A model generated the notes under the pieces. The model saw only the letters and a list, made by a program, of their open reading frames with translations, was not told where the DNA came from and did not search any database. The translations under genes were made by a program, and so were the position numbers. From NCBI GenBank assembly GCA_000182565.2, contig KQ257463.1: a stretch of DNA of 64,000 bases; one strand, written 5' to 3'. Every line of letters starts with the position of its first letter. Position 1 is the first letter of the stretch. Shown here in pieces: positions 12,518 to 29,731 of this stretch. Source of the DNA: Spizellomyces punctatus DAOM BR117 (lineage: Eukaryota).

Positions 12518-15500
12518 TCAACGGTAGACCTGTGGATGGGCCTCATGATTAGCTGATTCGTGCTGCTGTTCTTGCTCGTACGGACTAGGGAAAGGATAAC
12601 CCTGTATCCCCGGCGCCTGTGAACCAGGCATACCAAACGTGAAACCATATCCATACTCATCCACGCTAGGAGGAGTTTGCTGCTGATGATGTTGCTGATG
12701 TTGCTGCTGATGGGAAAATCCGTATGCATTTTGCCAATAGTAATTGGATGGATACGATCCGTAGGGGCCCATTGCTGATTGTGCGGGTTGATTGTGTTGC
12801 TGTTGGAGGTGATGCTGGCCGTCGGCAGTAGCATACCAGTACTGTGGCGGTGCTTGTGGCAATGGCGCCTGATGCTGCTGTAAGATATGTGGATTTGCGT
12901 CCGCAGGAGGGGCAGATGGCAGCGCAGATGCAGTCGTGTCGGTTGCAAGAGGTGCTGAGGGCAGGGCATTGCGATTGTGGGGTGAGTTTGGTACGCTTGG
13001 TACGAGATCTGGGGGTGCTGGTGGCAGCGCTTCCTCATTGGTCGGCATGCGTCCATATCCGGTGAGCGACACAGGAATATCCACGGCTGTGATCAAAGAG
13101 GATACAGTCGGTGCCCAGGACGCCTGGTCATCAACACGTTGCTTCTTGGTGGCTGAAGTTGCATCTCCCGTTTGCCCTGCATCCTTTTTGCGCTTCTTTT
13201 GACTGCCTTTACCGTCAGGTGTAATACCACTTGTCATAATCATACCATTCTGACCATTTGCTGAACGTGGTCCATCAGTAGTTGATATACCGTTATTCTT
13301 TCTAATGTCCACTTCACCAGCTTCTTGGTGTGGTTCGCTGTGTTTTTTATGCTTCTTTCTAACAGAATGTTCCGCTCCTGGCTCCTCGCTACCAGCGGAC
13401 TTCCTTCGTTTCACCTTGGCAAAATTCGCGCCATCTGAGGTGGACTCATCTCCAGCTGATGACTTCTTGCGCTTCTTCTTGACTTGGTGGTCATCTGATG
13501 TTCTAACGGAACCATGTCCAAGTTTCAGCGTGATTTTCAGCGGTGCGCCGTTGGATGCTGCATCGACGCCGTTCTCCTTGTCTCGACTGAGGTGGGCTGC
13601 TTTGTTCTGACACATGGGACAAGTGTATGTCTCCATCTTCTCGGCATCGGCTGCTGTCAGGCCAACGCATTTGAAATGATACCATCCTCCGCAACCATCA
13701 CATCCAATCATGTCCCCATCATCTTCTCGATGCGGCTCCCGACAGACACAAAACACCTCATCTTCTCTCTTCATCGCCAAGTTCGTGTCCACTGGGACAG
13801 ATGGTGGAGGTGGGGGAGGACATATCTCTTTGATGCGCTCCCGAAGTTTCGCCGTCTCTTCTTCAGTGGACACATACATCCCTTCAGCACAACGCAACAG
13901 ATTTTTAGCGTCTGTTTCAGACGCAGGGGCGGCCAAAACGCTCCGAACACGATCCTGCCAGGCGTTCATGGCTTGGATAACAGATCGAAGATGAGGTACC
14001 TCCTCAAATTCGTAGCGTTCCATTTCCTCTGCTTCTTTGAGCAATGCTTTTATTTGATCGATGGTAGGTCGTTTGGCTGTGCGATTGGGTTCTGTCCATA
14101 CGTCGCAGACGGGACACATGTAGTGTGTTTGTCGCTTCGCTTGCTTTTTAGAAATTTTGACACAAGCGCTATGGTACCATACATGACAGGTTTCGCATTC
14201 GATCTAGGAGTCGTTGTGCCAAAAAAGTTTAAAACCACGGATACCGCTCACTACGTACTGGCGCAACTAGCTTACCATCAGGCCCTCGTCGATCTTTGTC
14301 CTGCAGATGCAGAATAGCTTTGCGTCCGCTTCAGAGCTGGTGCAAGTAATCACATTCGCTTCCACCTCCTTTGTGATATCCAAAAAGCTCCTCGCCGACC
14401 CTGTTCGCAGTACTTTTCGCCCCTTATTCAGCCAATCCTGCGCTTTTTTTGCATCTTCTTTAATAAGTGTTAATTCTTCCAAACGCACTGGAACATTGTC
14501 AATGTCAAAAAGCAGGCTCCATAACACCGAGACAGGCCACTTCTTCTTGTCAGACATGTTCGTGCTCTCGTCCTGCGATCCATCTTCCTTCAGTCCCAAA
14601 ACGTCCCGAGCTTTAGCTCGCCAATCCTCACACTTTGCCACCAAATCCGTGAGCTTCTTCCACATGTCGGCAATGACGGGCACATCGTTCCCCTTTTTCA
14701 AAACATCCTTCATATCTTCCAAAGTCATGCTCCGTTGCTTCAACAATGCAGCAGCAAGTACCCGCCACTCATCACCTTGATGCTTGAAAGTCTTCAGACG
14801 ACTCATGAGAGGATGGTCAGTTTTGACGCCAAACATTCGACCTTCATCAATCAATGAAACGACTGTATCATGATCAATGTCGGAGCCCTCGCGGCTGAGA
14901 GCAGCATCCGCACGCGTGCCCCACTCGAGCTCGGATAATTTATCTTCTAACAAATCCAGCTCTTCGATTTGCACATCGATAGTCGCTGCCCACTCTTGTG
15001 TATCACGGACCATCTGGGCAGTGACATTTGCATCAGCCAAGACTTGGCGTGCCTTTTCGCGGAATTCGTACACATCGTGCGCGAGAGCTTGCAAAAGTTT
15101 GATTTCCGGACAATCGAAAGTGAAAGATTCCGCATCACGCAGTAACTGCTCAATATTTGCCAAAGTTCGCTCTGAGGCAGGCTGAGCATGTCCTTTACTG
15201 TCAGTCGACTGTTCACTAGATTCCAAGTCCATGGTATCAACAATGGACCGTCTACCGGCGTTTGATCGCTTTCGCTTATGCAGAATCCGGTTCGCACGTT
15301 CTACCCATTCGTTTGCGCGGCGTACAAAGCTTTTGAGAAGCGTGGCTTCTTCAATGACAAACGGGATTTTCTCGGATGCGGCCGAAAGTCGCTGCAGCTC
15401 TTTAAGTGGCGGACGGCGATGCTGTGCCAGCAATTTCTCGTATTTCTCTTTCCATTCATTGGGTCGATTGGCCACCGCATTGACGTGCTCCAAAAATCCG

Positions 15501-18358
15501 ATCAATTGCTCATCCGAAAACCGAAGGGCCAGCGTCAAATTGGGGTTCTCGCATTTGCAAACCTAGCGAGCAACGATGAGCAAATTCAGAAACAATTACA
15601 GATCAATACGGACTCAACAACTACTAACGTCTTTCTCGTGCGCTATGCACACAATTCTCTTGGGCGAGCATGCACATCGTATGCCACTAACATAGCAATA
15701 CTGATGACATACTGCACATTGATCCTCTTCTTCGTGGGCAATCTCCAAGTTTTCCACCACCTCATGAATGCCAGGATGTCGCTCACGGATCTGCTTTCGA
15801 GCCTCGAGTTCATGGTCTCGTAGATGCTCCAATTCGGGCTTCAACCTGAGAGGGAATATTGTTCAGTTGCGCAAACCCAAATAAATATCTCACGGACGTA
15901 CCAAACTGCAGCGCGAACATCAATGTCCCGTTTCGAAGTTGCAATGACTAGTTCGTCGTGAGAGAATACCGGCTGCTTGCGATACTCATGATACCGCTCG
16001 ACACAGTCCAGACCAAACGGTAGCCAATTGGGTAACGCAAAGTTCACAGCCTCCGCAAAATTAAACTGTGGGAGGAGATTTGAGTGTTAAATTCTTCAGG
16101 ATGACCCAGGGAACATGGAGCAGCGACTTACCCCTTGATTAAATCCCGCATGATATGCTCTAGGAAATGTCACCACAAATTCTCCTGGTCTCTGATCAAG
16201 CGCAACCACGTCAACCCCTTTTTCAACCAACACGCCTGGTGATAGCATCGTCGTCAAATGGAACAGCAAATCTGGATTTGACTCGAACAACTCCGGCACT
16301 TTTTTTCTCATAGCATCTTCAAACTTGTCCGCATCCGAAGCGGGTATGCCGTACCATGTTTTAGTCTCCCCCCAATGGTGATAATTGATAGAGTACGTGT
16401 AATGGTCTTCTGTGTGCCAGCAAAATGTTGAGAAACACATCCCGACGTAAAGCCACGGGATCATCATTCCTGAGATGTCATTACGAATGTTGCAAAAGAG
16501 AGATTCTGGGAGAACCGGGATGTTGTTGAGATTCCAGCCACAAGTTGAATAAGGATTATTGGGCTGTTTCTCAGGAACAGGAAACCCGCTACGACAAAAG
16601 TCAGTACGAAGCCAAAATTAGAAGGACCAACCATGACAGAAGACAAACCTTCCATGCTGCGTTGAATGCAAGTCAGCGCCATATTCAACCTCGACATCAT
16701 CATACGGACTCTCCACCAGTCGCCAAAATTCCCGTTCACATTCATCTTCCGTTACGATGAGTTTCTCGTCCATTTTCTTTCCCAACCTCTCTCGAAAATG
16801 CCTCTCTTTGAAGCTGTTTGCGACCTTTTGGAAATGGTACAAGGACCTCACTTCGCCTTCCTCGAATCCATAATCATTGCCGGATACCCGGAGACAGTCT
16901 GGGCAAAACCAATCGGTATTTGGAATGGCGCTCATAGGAGGATCAAAGCAATAGAGGTGGTATCCCCTATTGCATCCATCGCACAAGAGCATTTTCTCAT
17001 CGTTTTCCCCACCTCCACATATTTCGCAGAGCTGAAGACACCAGCAATTCAGTATTGGAAAGAAATCCGGGAGAATTCATTATTACTCACCTCGAGGCCG
17101 GGTTTCGGGAGATACCCATCAGGTAAGATCGCCTTTTTCGCGGAAGGAGATGAATCAGCGGTTGGAATTTCTGGTACCACTAAACATTAAGAATCAGTTT
17201 TGTAGTTCAATGTTCCCTGTATCCTAAATTCAATCAAGCGTACCTTCCGCTGATTTTCTCTTCTTCGCCCGTTGAGCTCGCTTGCTCCTCGTGCCGGAAG
17301 TGGGGGCATCATCCACTCCTCCTGTATCATCTCCCAAGGGTGACCCAGGTCGGGTAACCGCTGGAGACCCATGCTTAGCAATGAAATCCTCGTAGGGTAG
17401 AACCCATTTTATATACGCAGATTTGACACTGTGAGAGAGCGATGTACAAGTCTTTCCGCCCAATCCGATGGCACGTCCGACTTGCGCCCACTGCTTATTT
17501 TGTGTCACCTGCGATGTACGTGCGTATGTCAGTCAGTCACTGAGACTATTTATCATCAGGACGTTGCTGCGGATCTGCGTTGGCACTTACCGCATGGAAG
17601 CCCCCTCGCTTAGCGACTTCCTTCTTGAGCTCAAAAAGGTTCATAGGCTTCTTATCGAGCATTGGAATCCGCTGAAATTGCGTTCCTTGCTGATGGTGGA
17701 ATTTTTGTAGTTGGTCTAGGTAGTTGAGGATGGCACGAGAGCTCCCCTCCATGGAGTTAAGGCGCATGATACGAGGCCGAAACCAAAAGGTCTAAGAGGA
17801 GAAATTGTTATAGTTATTATCTTAGTGACAAGTCTTTCTGAGGATTGGAGCGTTCCTTCAACATTTGATACGCAGTCCATTGCCACAATGTCGACAGACA
17901 ATAGCAGAGCAGGGTAATGCCTTCCCTAACTTTCAGAAAGTTATCGCTATACAATTGCCTTGGAATTGTAATTGCTATACGGCAGAAAAAGTGACAGAAC
18001 CTTGCAAAAATGCCATTTGGGATTTTTTTCCGGCAGCCCGCCATTCTGTTGTCCAACCACTCACCTGTGTGTCCAAAGCAAAGTCTGGCTTCCATCCCTC
18101 TGGTGGAATAATCTTGCATATGCCACTTTGTTCCGCTTCGACCCGAATCTTTTCAATGTACCGAAGTGGGTCCGCGAACTCGTCTAGGGTGGGACGAAAC
18201 GTCGGTGCCGTGCGTAGGCCAAATAGCCGGTTTCCTCGAATGCCCAAGTCAGGACTAGGTGGAGCAAAGGGTGGGGATACTGTTGAGAGGTCCAAGGGCG
18301 GTGCTTTGGGAACGTTTGCAGACCGGTGGGGCCCGACTTTGGCTGCCGTTTTCATCAT
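12518..18358 (-). CDS. KDM5: JARID1/KDM5-family H3K4 demethylase (JmjN-ARID-PHD-JmjC-C5HC2-PLU1-PHD-PHD)
   Basis: [18 protein letters not shown] (JmjN), [27 protein letters not shown], JmjC FCWHTEDH...AYHAGFN, C5HC2 [12 protein letters not shown]-1 helices and two C-terminal PHDs. Confidence 0.96.
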
Positions 18359-19667
18359 TTTGAGGATTTGATGTCTGATGAATTAGGGATATACCGTACG
18401 ACCCAAAGGCCGGGACAAAAGCAGGAACCAAACACCGATAATGAGATTGCTGCTGTGATTCTCGCCAAGGACAATGGATAATGGCAAGTAATTTCTGTGA
18501 CTGCAAAGAACGAGATTGTGGACGAAATGAGGAGGAGGGGAAATGGTTGATGCCCAAAGTCTGGATTTCAAGTTAGTAACGTGACAGCGCAGGAAACGCG
18601 TCGAAATCGCCTCGTCTTTAAGGAAGAAAACCCAACGAAAGCTTAAAAAAAGCAGGACGGGATTTCAACTTTTTGGAACCGTCGCAGCTGCAAAGGAACC
18701 TTTTATTGTCACGGCAGTGGAAGGCAGAGGCCGTTCGGAGCAGCAAATTGGGAATGTGGGCTGTATTTGCAAGCATTTAACGGGCAATGCATGTTGAATC
18801 AGGATGATGTGCCCTGACGACGCCCCCAATCCCTCCAGCCGAAAACCATCCCAACGGGTGTCTTTTTATGTCAAAGGAGGGGACGACGGGAGTGCTTAAA
18901 CCAGTGGTCAACATGAGCCTCATGGTGTGCATAGCAAGTTACTTGTCGATCACTGGTTGCGTCGATGATTTTCAGGCCATCATCATCGATTGTCAGAGCG
19001 CTCGCATATGATAGACATTTTATTTACTCAAAACATGCGGTAACCATCCTATGCATGACAAATCGTATCGCGAACCATGACCGCTACCGGTACATATGGT
19101 ATGCATGAAGATATACTCTATCCATTGCTATACAAGCTAAAAGCACAGCTCCCAACAAGATATCTTGAAGCTTTCAGATCCCAAAGCCAAAAGCCGCGAA
19201 ACTCCAACGCCTTTGGCTGGAACCGGCTGCATGACGCATAAACACGTGTTTCCGATACCTGGCGCTGGCTACAGTTTGCTCAAAGTGGAGTACCAACATC
19301 TGGTCGTTGGCTGTCTTTGGGCCTGTGTACGATCCCCACACCATCCGCACGACGAGTAGAACTTGTGTATAAAATAGTATGTGGTGGAATGATAAATTTC
19401 TCATGTTCCTAATTGCGATGCGAGATCGCTGACATTTGCCGCATCGTTTTACAAGCCTTATACTTGGCGGCGCAGTTGGATGACCTGCGATCCACCAGTT
19501 TTACTGTAGCTTGCACTCAAACATACTTGTAGGTAGAGGACACATGCTAGCACATCAGTTATTAATAACTTATTTTACAAGCACTAACTGACTTTGACCA
19601 GCAATCGCCGTCGGTCATTTTCTTGACATCTCTTTCCACTGAACATTAATCGCAGTTTTCAACTGTC

Positions 19668-23994
<4,327 letters not shown>

Positions 23995-24596
23995 CAGATT
24001 TGATCTTGCGTGCTGCGCACGGATTTAATCTTGGGGCTTTGGTATGGGATGTATGATTTGGAGATTTCTTTCTGTGTCGTGAATTCACTGGCCGTTTTGG
24101 TATGATGGTTCAATTTCTGCCGGTTGGGACGGCGGGTACAAGGGTATGGGCCGGGAGTATGAACGGACTGGATAAATTGCTGGTTTCCACGTTTTATAAA
24201 GATGTATTATGACACTAAAATGCAGATGAATGGCATTGGAGTTAAAATCTGGTCTCGATGGTTTTTGGATCCAGTATTTGTTGCAACCGAGATCTGGTTG
24301 ATTCTCTTCAAGGCTTGTTGAAGAATGCTCATGATGCAGTGAAAAAGATGGTTCGCCGATTGGGCATACTCCCAGGTACTGTGAAAGGCGCACTCATGTC
24401 CCAAGCCCACAAAAGCCAACAGAGCTCAATAATATGCTACGTTTACGAAAAGCAAGAGCAAAGGTGTCTGTCACTCAGGGATCTCCTGCATGCTCGTCCA
24501 CTATTTCTTCTATGCGCACAAGGTCCTCACGATTGGCAGTGTATTCGCCAAAGGCAGAAATAAAACTCTGGTATTTTACAGACATGCACAAAAATC

Positions 24597-25358
24597 TCAA
24601 TACATATGGGGGATATTCAAATAATCAGCTTCTTCCACTTCACTCTCCTCCTCCTCCTCCTCCTCCTCGTCCTCGTAATCACCATCAACATCATCATGTT
24701 CATCTTGCTCGAAATCCCCATCCTCATCTGATGCTTCCTGAACGCGCACTTGAACACGACCCGCTTTCAAATCACCCTGCCACCCTTCGCAAACATGCAA
24801 CAGCTCGCGGTCGCTCAATCCCAACCATTCGGCATTGGCAATCACCGACGCAAGGGCATTTTCATGTGATTCGAAAAACTCTCTGATTGCGCCTACATCT
24901 GCAGTGTACATCCACTGCAAAACTGCATGGAATGCTTCCGGGCTGGGAGGATGAATGAGGAGAGGTGTTGTGCTGATGGTTGCATAGGGTTGATATGGGT
25001 CTGACATGGCTTTGGCGGCTGTGGAGAGAAGGTCTCGTAGTCGTGGTGACATTGTTTTGAGAAATAGGGAATGAGCGGGGATAATGGCTATTGGCGCTGC
25101 TGCTTTGTCTTGATCAATTGGTGACGTTGTTTCCGGCGAGTAGATCCAAAGACAGCAATCCGCTAATTGCGTGTTGCCAAAATACCGCCAGCCAAAGCCT
25201 CGTAGTTTGTCAATGATGTACGTGTCGGGAATAGGAACCGCGGAATAACATGGAAGAGGACTGCTCACAATGGGGCGCCAAACGTACTGCTGCTGGCGGG
25301 CTAGTTGCTCGTGTGGGAGTGTTGTCGGCATCGGGAGGACTCCTTGCATATTTTCCAT
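24597..25358 (-). CDS. BTB/POZ-like domain protein with acidic tail
   Basis: ADCCLWI...IPAHSLFLKTMSPRLRDLL...AFHAVLQWMYT...ANAEWLGL fits the BTB pattern. First in-frame ATG is at 25358. Confidence 0.7.
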   Translation of the reverse strand: MENMQGVLPMPTTLPHEQLARQQQYVWRPIVSSPLPCYSAVPIPDTYIIDKLRGFGWRYFGNTQLADCCLWIYSPETTSPIDQDKAAAPIAIIPAHSLFLKTMSPRLRDLLSTAAKAMSDPYQPYATISTTPLLIHPPSPEAFHAVLQWMYTADVGAIREFFESHENALASVIANAEWLGLSDRELLHVCEGWQGDLKAGRVQVRVQEASDEDGDFEQDEHDDVDGDYEDEEEEEEEESEVEEADYLNIPHMY

Positions 25359-26443
25359 CAACTGTGGACTCTTGGCTTGCAGAGTACGAAAGGGTTCGCG
25401 TTGGTTTTTTTTAAAAGACTGTGGCTGCCCCAACAACAGTCAACCCAGCCAACCTTTTATAGATGCCCCCTGCATGGTTAGACGACATGCTTCCAATCTC
25501 AACCAACCTTTCACACAACAAGATAATAAGGAAAAACGCAAAGAAAAGATATCAAAAATGCCACGTTCTGAAGGAGCCGATCACACCGAATGCGTTGCAA
25601 ATATGCGAAAATAGCTTGGGCTGTTTGTCATGAAGCCAGTCACATAACCGTTGCTCTCTTGATTTGAACGGGATTTCTTACTTTTGGACTTGTCGCCACA
25701 CTTCTATATCCAAACGATCATGTATGGAAATGGAATGAAAGGGCATAATAGCAATTTTGGGACACTTGTTCGTTTCTTTATTTACGCGTTTGTTCTGCGC
25801 ATCTCCCCCCTGCTTTGTTCTGTGTATGTAGCTGCGCGGAGGATTGCTTGGGCATTCCAAGGAACCCTTCAGTATTCTTCTGAATGATATCCTTGCATGC
25901 CTTTTAAAAAAGAGGCTGAGATTGGTTGTGTTTGTTTGGGCATTTTTTCGTCAGTCAATGTATCTAACCTTTTGCTGATCTAATCTGACGATGCCGTGAA
26001 CGGGGAGCAGCCTACACAAAGACTATGTATAGTCACTTGTAACCTTTTAGTGTTGGCTAGGCCAAGTATTCACCTTGAGATTACTTTTGCACGGGGGATA
26101 TCTAGTGCGATTTTCTATCAGATACTTTGCGCATGCACGTCAGACTTCAATGTGTTGGTGGTGATGGAAGGAGCCTTACGATTCGATAACTTTCTTTCAA
26201 CAGTAGTCATTACTAGTAAAAGGCAATGTACAATGTAGCTAATCCCAAAGGTAGTGATGGATATGAAAACTTGGCGTGTTTTCATATCATTGGGAAGAGT
26301 ATCTTTTATCAGATGTCGTCTGACTAGCTACCAAGGGGGGATTTCCTCAGCCCATTTCGTAACCGCATTCCGCTAATTAAGCCTCACGATCGCGCTGGAC
26401 GCATGTGGCAGCTGTCAAAATGGGGCCGAACGCAAACATAAAA

Positions 26444-27651
26444 GAGCGGCCTCGGTGCGGCTCCCCTTTTGCCTTCCGTCACTCGTCTCTTCACTCGTCT
26501 TTCTTTCGATATGGCAGCACCTCGTTGCGGGGCACCTCGTTGCCTTTAGCAAATTGGTATTCGCGGGGGTCGATGATTTAGACCCACTTTCTTTACCGCC
26601 CATCTCTGAGGTCTTTTGGGGCGGGTTAGCGGCCGTAGTCGCTAATAACCTGGCCGTCTTTCGGCGACGGCTGTCGGGTGCACGTGCCCTCCACAGAATT
26701 ATCGTCACTCGTCTTGCTCAAGAGTCTTTCATTCGATATGGCAGCGCCTCGTTGTGGGGCACCTCGTTGCCTTTAGCCTTCACAGAAGTCGACAGTTTAG
26801 ACTCTACTGAGTTACGCGCCATCTCTGACAGCGTCTTTTGGGCCATAGTAACGGCGAAAAGTGGGCCAGATATCTCGGATGAGAGGCGAGCCTGCGACGA
26901 CAGGCCCCCTTCGGATGACATCCTGAAGCTCGTTGATGTCCAGGAAGATAACGGCATTTTTCGGGCATGTACACCCGACAGCCGTCACGGAAAGTACCGC
27001 CAGGTTATTAGCGACGGCGTAGTAACGGCGAAAAGTGTATGAAAATGGATTTGCACCCTTAAGAATGAAAAAAAGTCAATCGCGGCAATGCATGAAAGGG
27101 ACATGATACATAACTAACCTGTGGTGCTGGTGCTGGCGTGGGGTAAGCCCACCAACTTGAGCAAGGGATCGGTTCAGTGAGACCCCGATCCCCCCTATCA
27201 ACCCGTCGGGAATGATGTTTGAATTGATCATATAAGTCAACCAAATAAATGGCCACTTTCGCCGAAAGTGGGCCAGACACCTGGGCCCTGATGCGAGCTT
27301 GCGACGACAGGCGCCCTCGAATGACATCCTGCAGTTCATTGATGTCTAGGAAAATGACGGCATTTTTCGGGCAGGTACACCCGACAGCCGTGGCCGAAAA
27401 GACGGCCAGGTTATTGGCGACTACAGCCGCTAGCCCGCCCCAAAAGACGTTGGCCGAGATGGGGGGTAATTCAGTGGAGTCGATATTGCCGACTGCCGCG
27501 AAATCTAGTCTGCTGAAGGCAATTGGTGCGCCGCATCGTGGTGCGGCCATATCGAAAGAACGACGAAACAAAAACGAAAGAAAGACGAATGACGAGACGA
27601 GTGACGAGACGAGTGACGGAAGGCAAAAGGGGAGCCGCACTGAGGCCGCTG
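26444..27651. repeat. Nested inverted and direct copies of an unidentified coding repeat
   Basis: 26444-26690 is an inverted copy of 27368-27651. 26700-26842 is another partial copy. 26855-27012 is a direct copy of ~27258-27425. Confidence 0.85.
27059..27550 (-). pseudogene. Most intact copy of an unknown repeated ORF (MAAPRCGAPIAFSRLD...GCTCPKNAVIFLDINELQDVIR)
   Basis: ATG context ttcgatATGGC is conserved in three copies. Many differences between copies fall at third codon positions. Other copies are frameshifted or truncated. Confidence 0.5.
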
Positions 27652-28926
27652 TTAACTGAGGGTATCGTCGGTGTACATTGGGAAGTCGGGACCATCTGCC
27701 GGGGAGCCGATAACGGAGGGCATCGTCGGTGCACTGTTGACTTGATTACAGGGTTGCAGCGACGTTCTCGGTCCCTTAGGTACAAGTCTACGGCTTGATA
27801 ATAATTGTAACTGTATTGTAATTGTTAATTTTTTCCTGTCTGTTGTGTATCGCTATAATATATTGGACTTGTCTTCTGAGCTCTCGTATATGTCATTTTG
27901 AGCATTTCCCTCATCTTCTTGCTAATGAGTAAACTTGTTTGGTGTTCAATCATGTCAGCAGGTCCTAGTTCGCTACCAGCAAGCAAATCTGCCAACGTAC
28001 TGTATATCCACTTGGCTGTCCCATAGATGAATTCGATATAGGTCGCTTGTTGCTCAGTTCGATAAAATATCCCCTAGATTATGAACAAGGCCGCAAGCTG
28101 CCCCTATGTCTCTCTTAAACGTGTCGTAATGCGTTCTTCCCTCGTTTTCACACGATATTTGTCGAGTACTGTAACCAACACTGCAACGAAGATATCAACC
28201 ATGCTGCTAACGTGACTGATACGTTCAATGCATTGCAATCTTGACGATTGACTTGAGGAGTATGTCACTTATTCAGGATGTATGTTCGAGACCCGACAAT
28301 GGTTGAAATTGCAATGGCCAAAGTTTTTTATTCTATCTCATGCATTCTTGTAAGGCAAGCCCTGAAAGTGCTCAACTTTGAACTGAACCGCACATTGGTA
28401 CGATTGCCTTGTTATGGCCTGTCCTCTATTGATAGATAAACACGGCAGAGGAAAAAGATCCGCACGTTAGCCAATGGGGTTTTTCGGACCTGGGACAAGT
28501 ATTTTGTGCGAGATAGTGGGCCTAAAAGTGTGCACCTATCCATACGTTTGCTGGAAATATGACAACACAACGAAAAAACTTGAGCAGAAACTGATGCCGT
28601 CAATTCCGCAAAAGGGACCGGAAGTAGTCTTCTTTGCGGATGTACTAGAACCTCTTGTATGGTAGTGGTGCACATGACACCTTGGTAATTTAGAATTACA
28701 GAAGTATTTCACCTTTGCTAGAACACAGCCCAAGACTTGATAGAGGTGGACGCGAGAGCTTGCAAAAGTATTTTTTACAAGATTAAGGGACTGAAAGTAT
28801 TCAGCTATCCATCTATTTGCTAGAAATATGTCGACACGACAAAAGAACAAGGCATCTTCAAATTGAACCGCATGTTCCCGTACGTTAAACAAGTACTTTA
28901 ACTCTTGCAACTTTTTGCAGAGAGAG

Positions 28927-28933
28927 AAAAAAA
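28927..28933 (-). terminator. Pol III terminator (T7) for tRNA-Pro
   Basis: Run of 7 T on the minus strand ~22 nt downstream of the tRNA 3' end. Confidence 0.7.
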
Positions 28934-28954
28934 GGATCCCAAGCGGCACTTAAG

Positions 28955-29026
28955 GGGTTCTTCCGGGGATCGAACCCGGGACCTCCTGCACCCGACGCAG
29001 GAATCATGCCGCTAGACCAAAGAACC
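28955..29026 (-). tRNA. tRNA-Pro(CGG), intronless
   Basis: Acceptor stem GGTTCTT/AAGAACC, A-box TGGTCTAGCGG, anticodon arm CCTGC-GTCGGGT-GCAGG, T arm CCGGG-TTCGATC-CCCGG, discriminator C. G at position 32 is atypical. Confidence 0.9.
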
Positions 29027-29550
29027 CTATGAATTCCATACCAAATCATGCAGGAATCATGCCTCTCGACCAAAGAACCATCTTGATTTGCATGTAACCT
29101 ACGCAGGAATCATGCCACTAGACCAAAGAACCCTATGAATTCCATACCAAATCATGCAGGAATCATGCCTCTCGACCAAAGAACCATCTTGATTTGCATG
29201 TAACCTACGCAGGAATCATGCCGCTAGACCAAAGAACCCTATGAATTCCATACCAAATCATGCAGGAATCATGCCTCTCGACCAAAGAACCATCTTGATT
29301 TGCATGTAACCTACGCAGGAATCATGCCGCTAGACCAAAGAACCCTATGAATTCCATACCAAATCATGCAGGAATCATGCCTCTCGACCAAAGAACCATC
29401 TTGATTTGCATGTAACCTACGCAGGAATCATGCCGCTAGACCAAAGAACCCTATGAATTCCATACCAAATCATGCAGGAATCATGCCTCTCGACCAAAGA
29501 ACCATCTTGATTTGCATGTAACCTATGCAGGAATCATGCCCCTAGGTCAA
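28995..29550 (-). repeat. Tandem array of tRNA-Pro 5' halves: 5 x 106 bp (2 x 53 bp subunits) plus a degenerate partial unit
   Basis: Units start at 28995, 29101, 29207, 29313, 29419 and 29525. Each contains two copies of tRNA nt 1-30. Confidence 0.95.
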
Positions 29551-29731
29551 TGATGAAAGTGTACCATGCATATATTGTTGAATCGCATGTAAACTCCATA
29601 CCTTTTGAAGGTCACATTAATGTGTTCTCAAACAAGAGAAACCTGGTTGAAGACTAAGGCTCGCGGTGGTAGGCCAGTTCAATGTGGGCTTCCTTGAAAG
29701 ATATAAGATGCTGCTAGGAAAACTTTTGTCT

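Noticed and set aside
13514-14317. 267-aa plus-strand ORF and similar ORFs opposite KDM5
   Set aside because: Antisense to well-supported exons, with no domain signal.
26455-27042. 195-aa ORF as a real gene
   Set aside because: Chimera of frameshifted repeat fragments in both orientations, and it lacks an ATG start.
27950-28950. Possible decayed coding sequence downstream of the tRNA
   Set aside because: Stops in all plus frames examined and no recognisable motif, so it cannot be supported.
28995-29550. CRISPR-like repeat/spacer appearance
   Set aside because: The spacers are only two alternating sequences repeated identically, the repeat is a tRNA 5' half, no cas genes are present and the context is eukaryotic.
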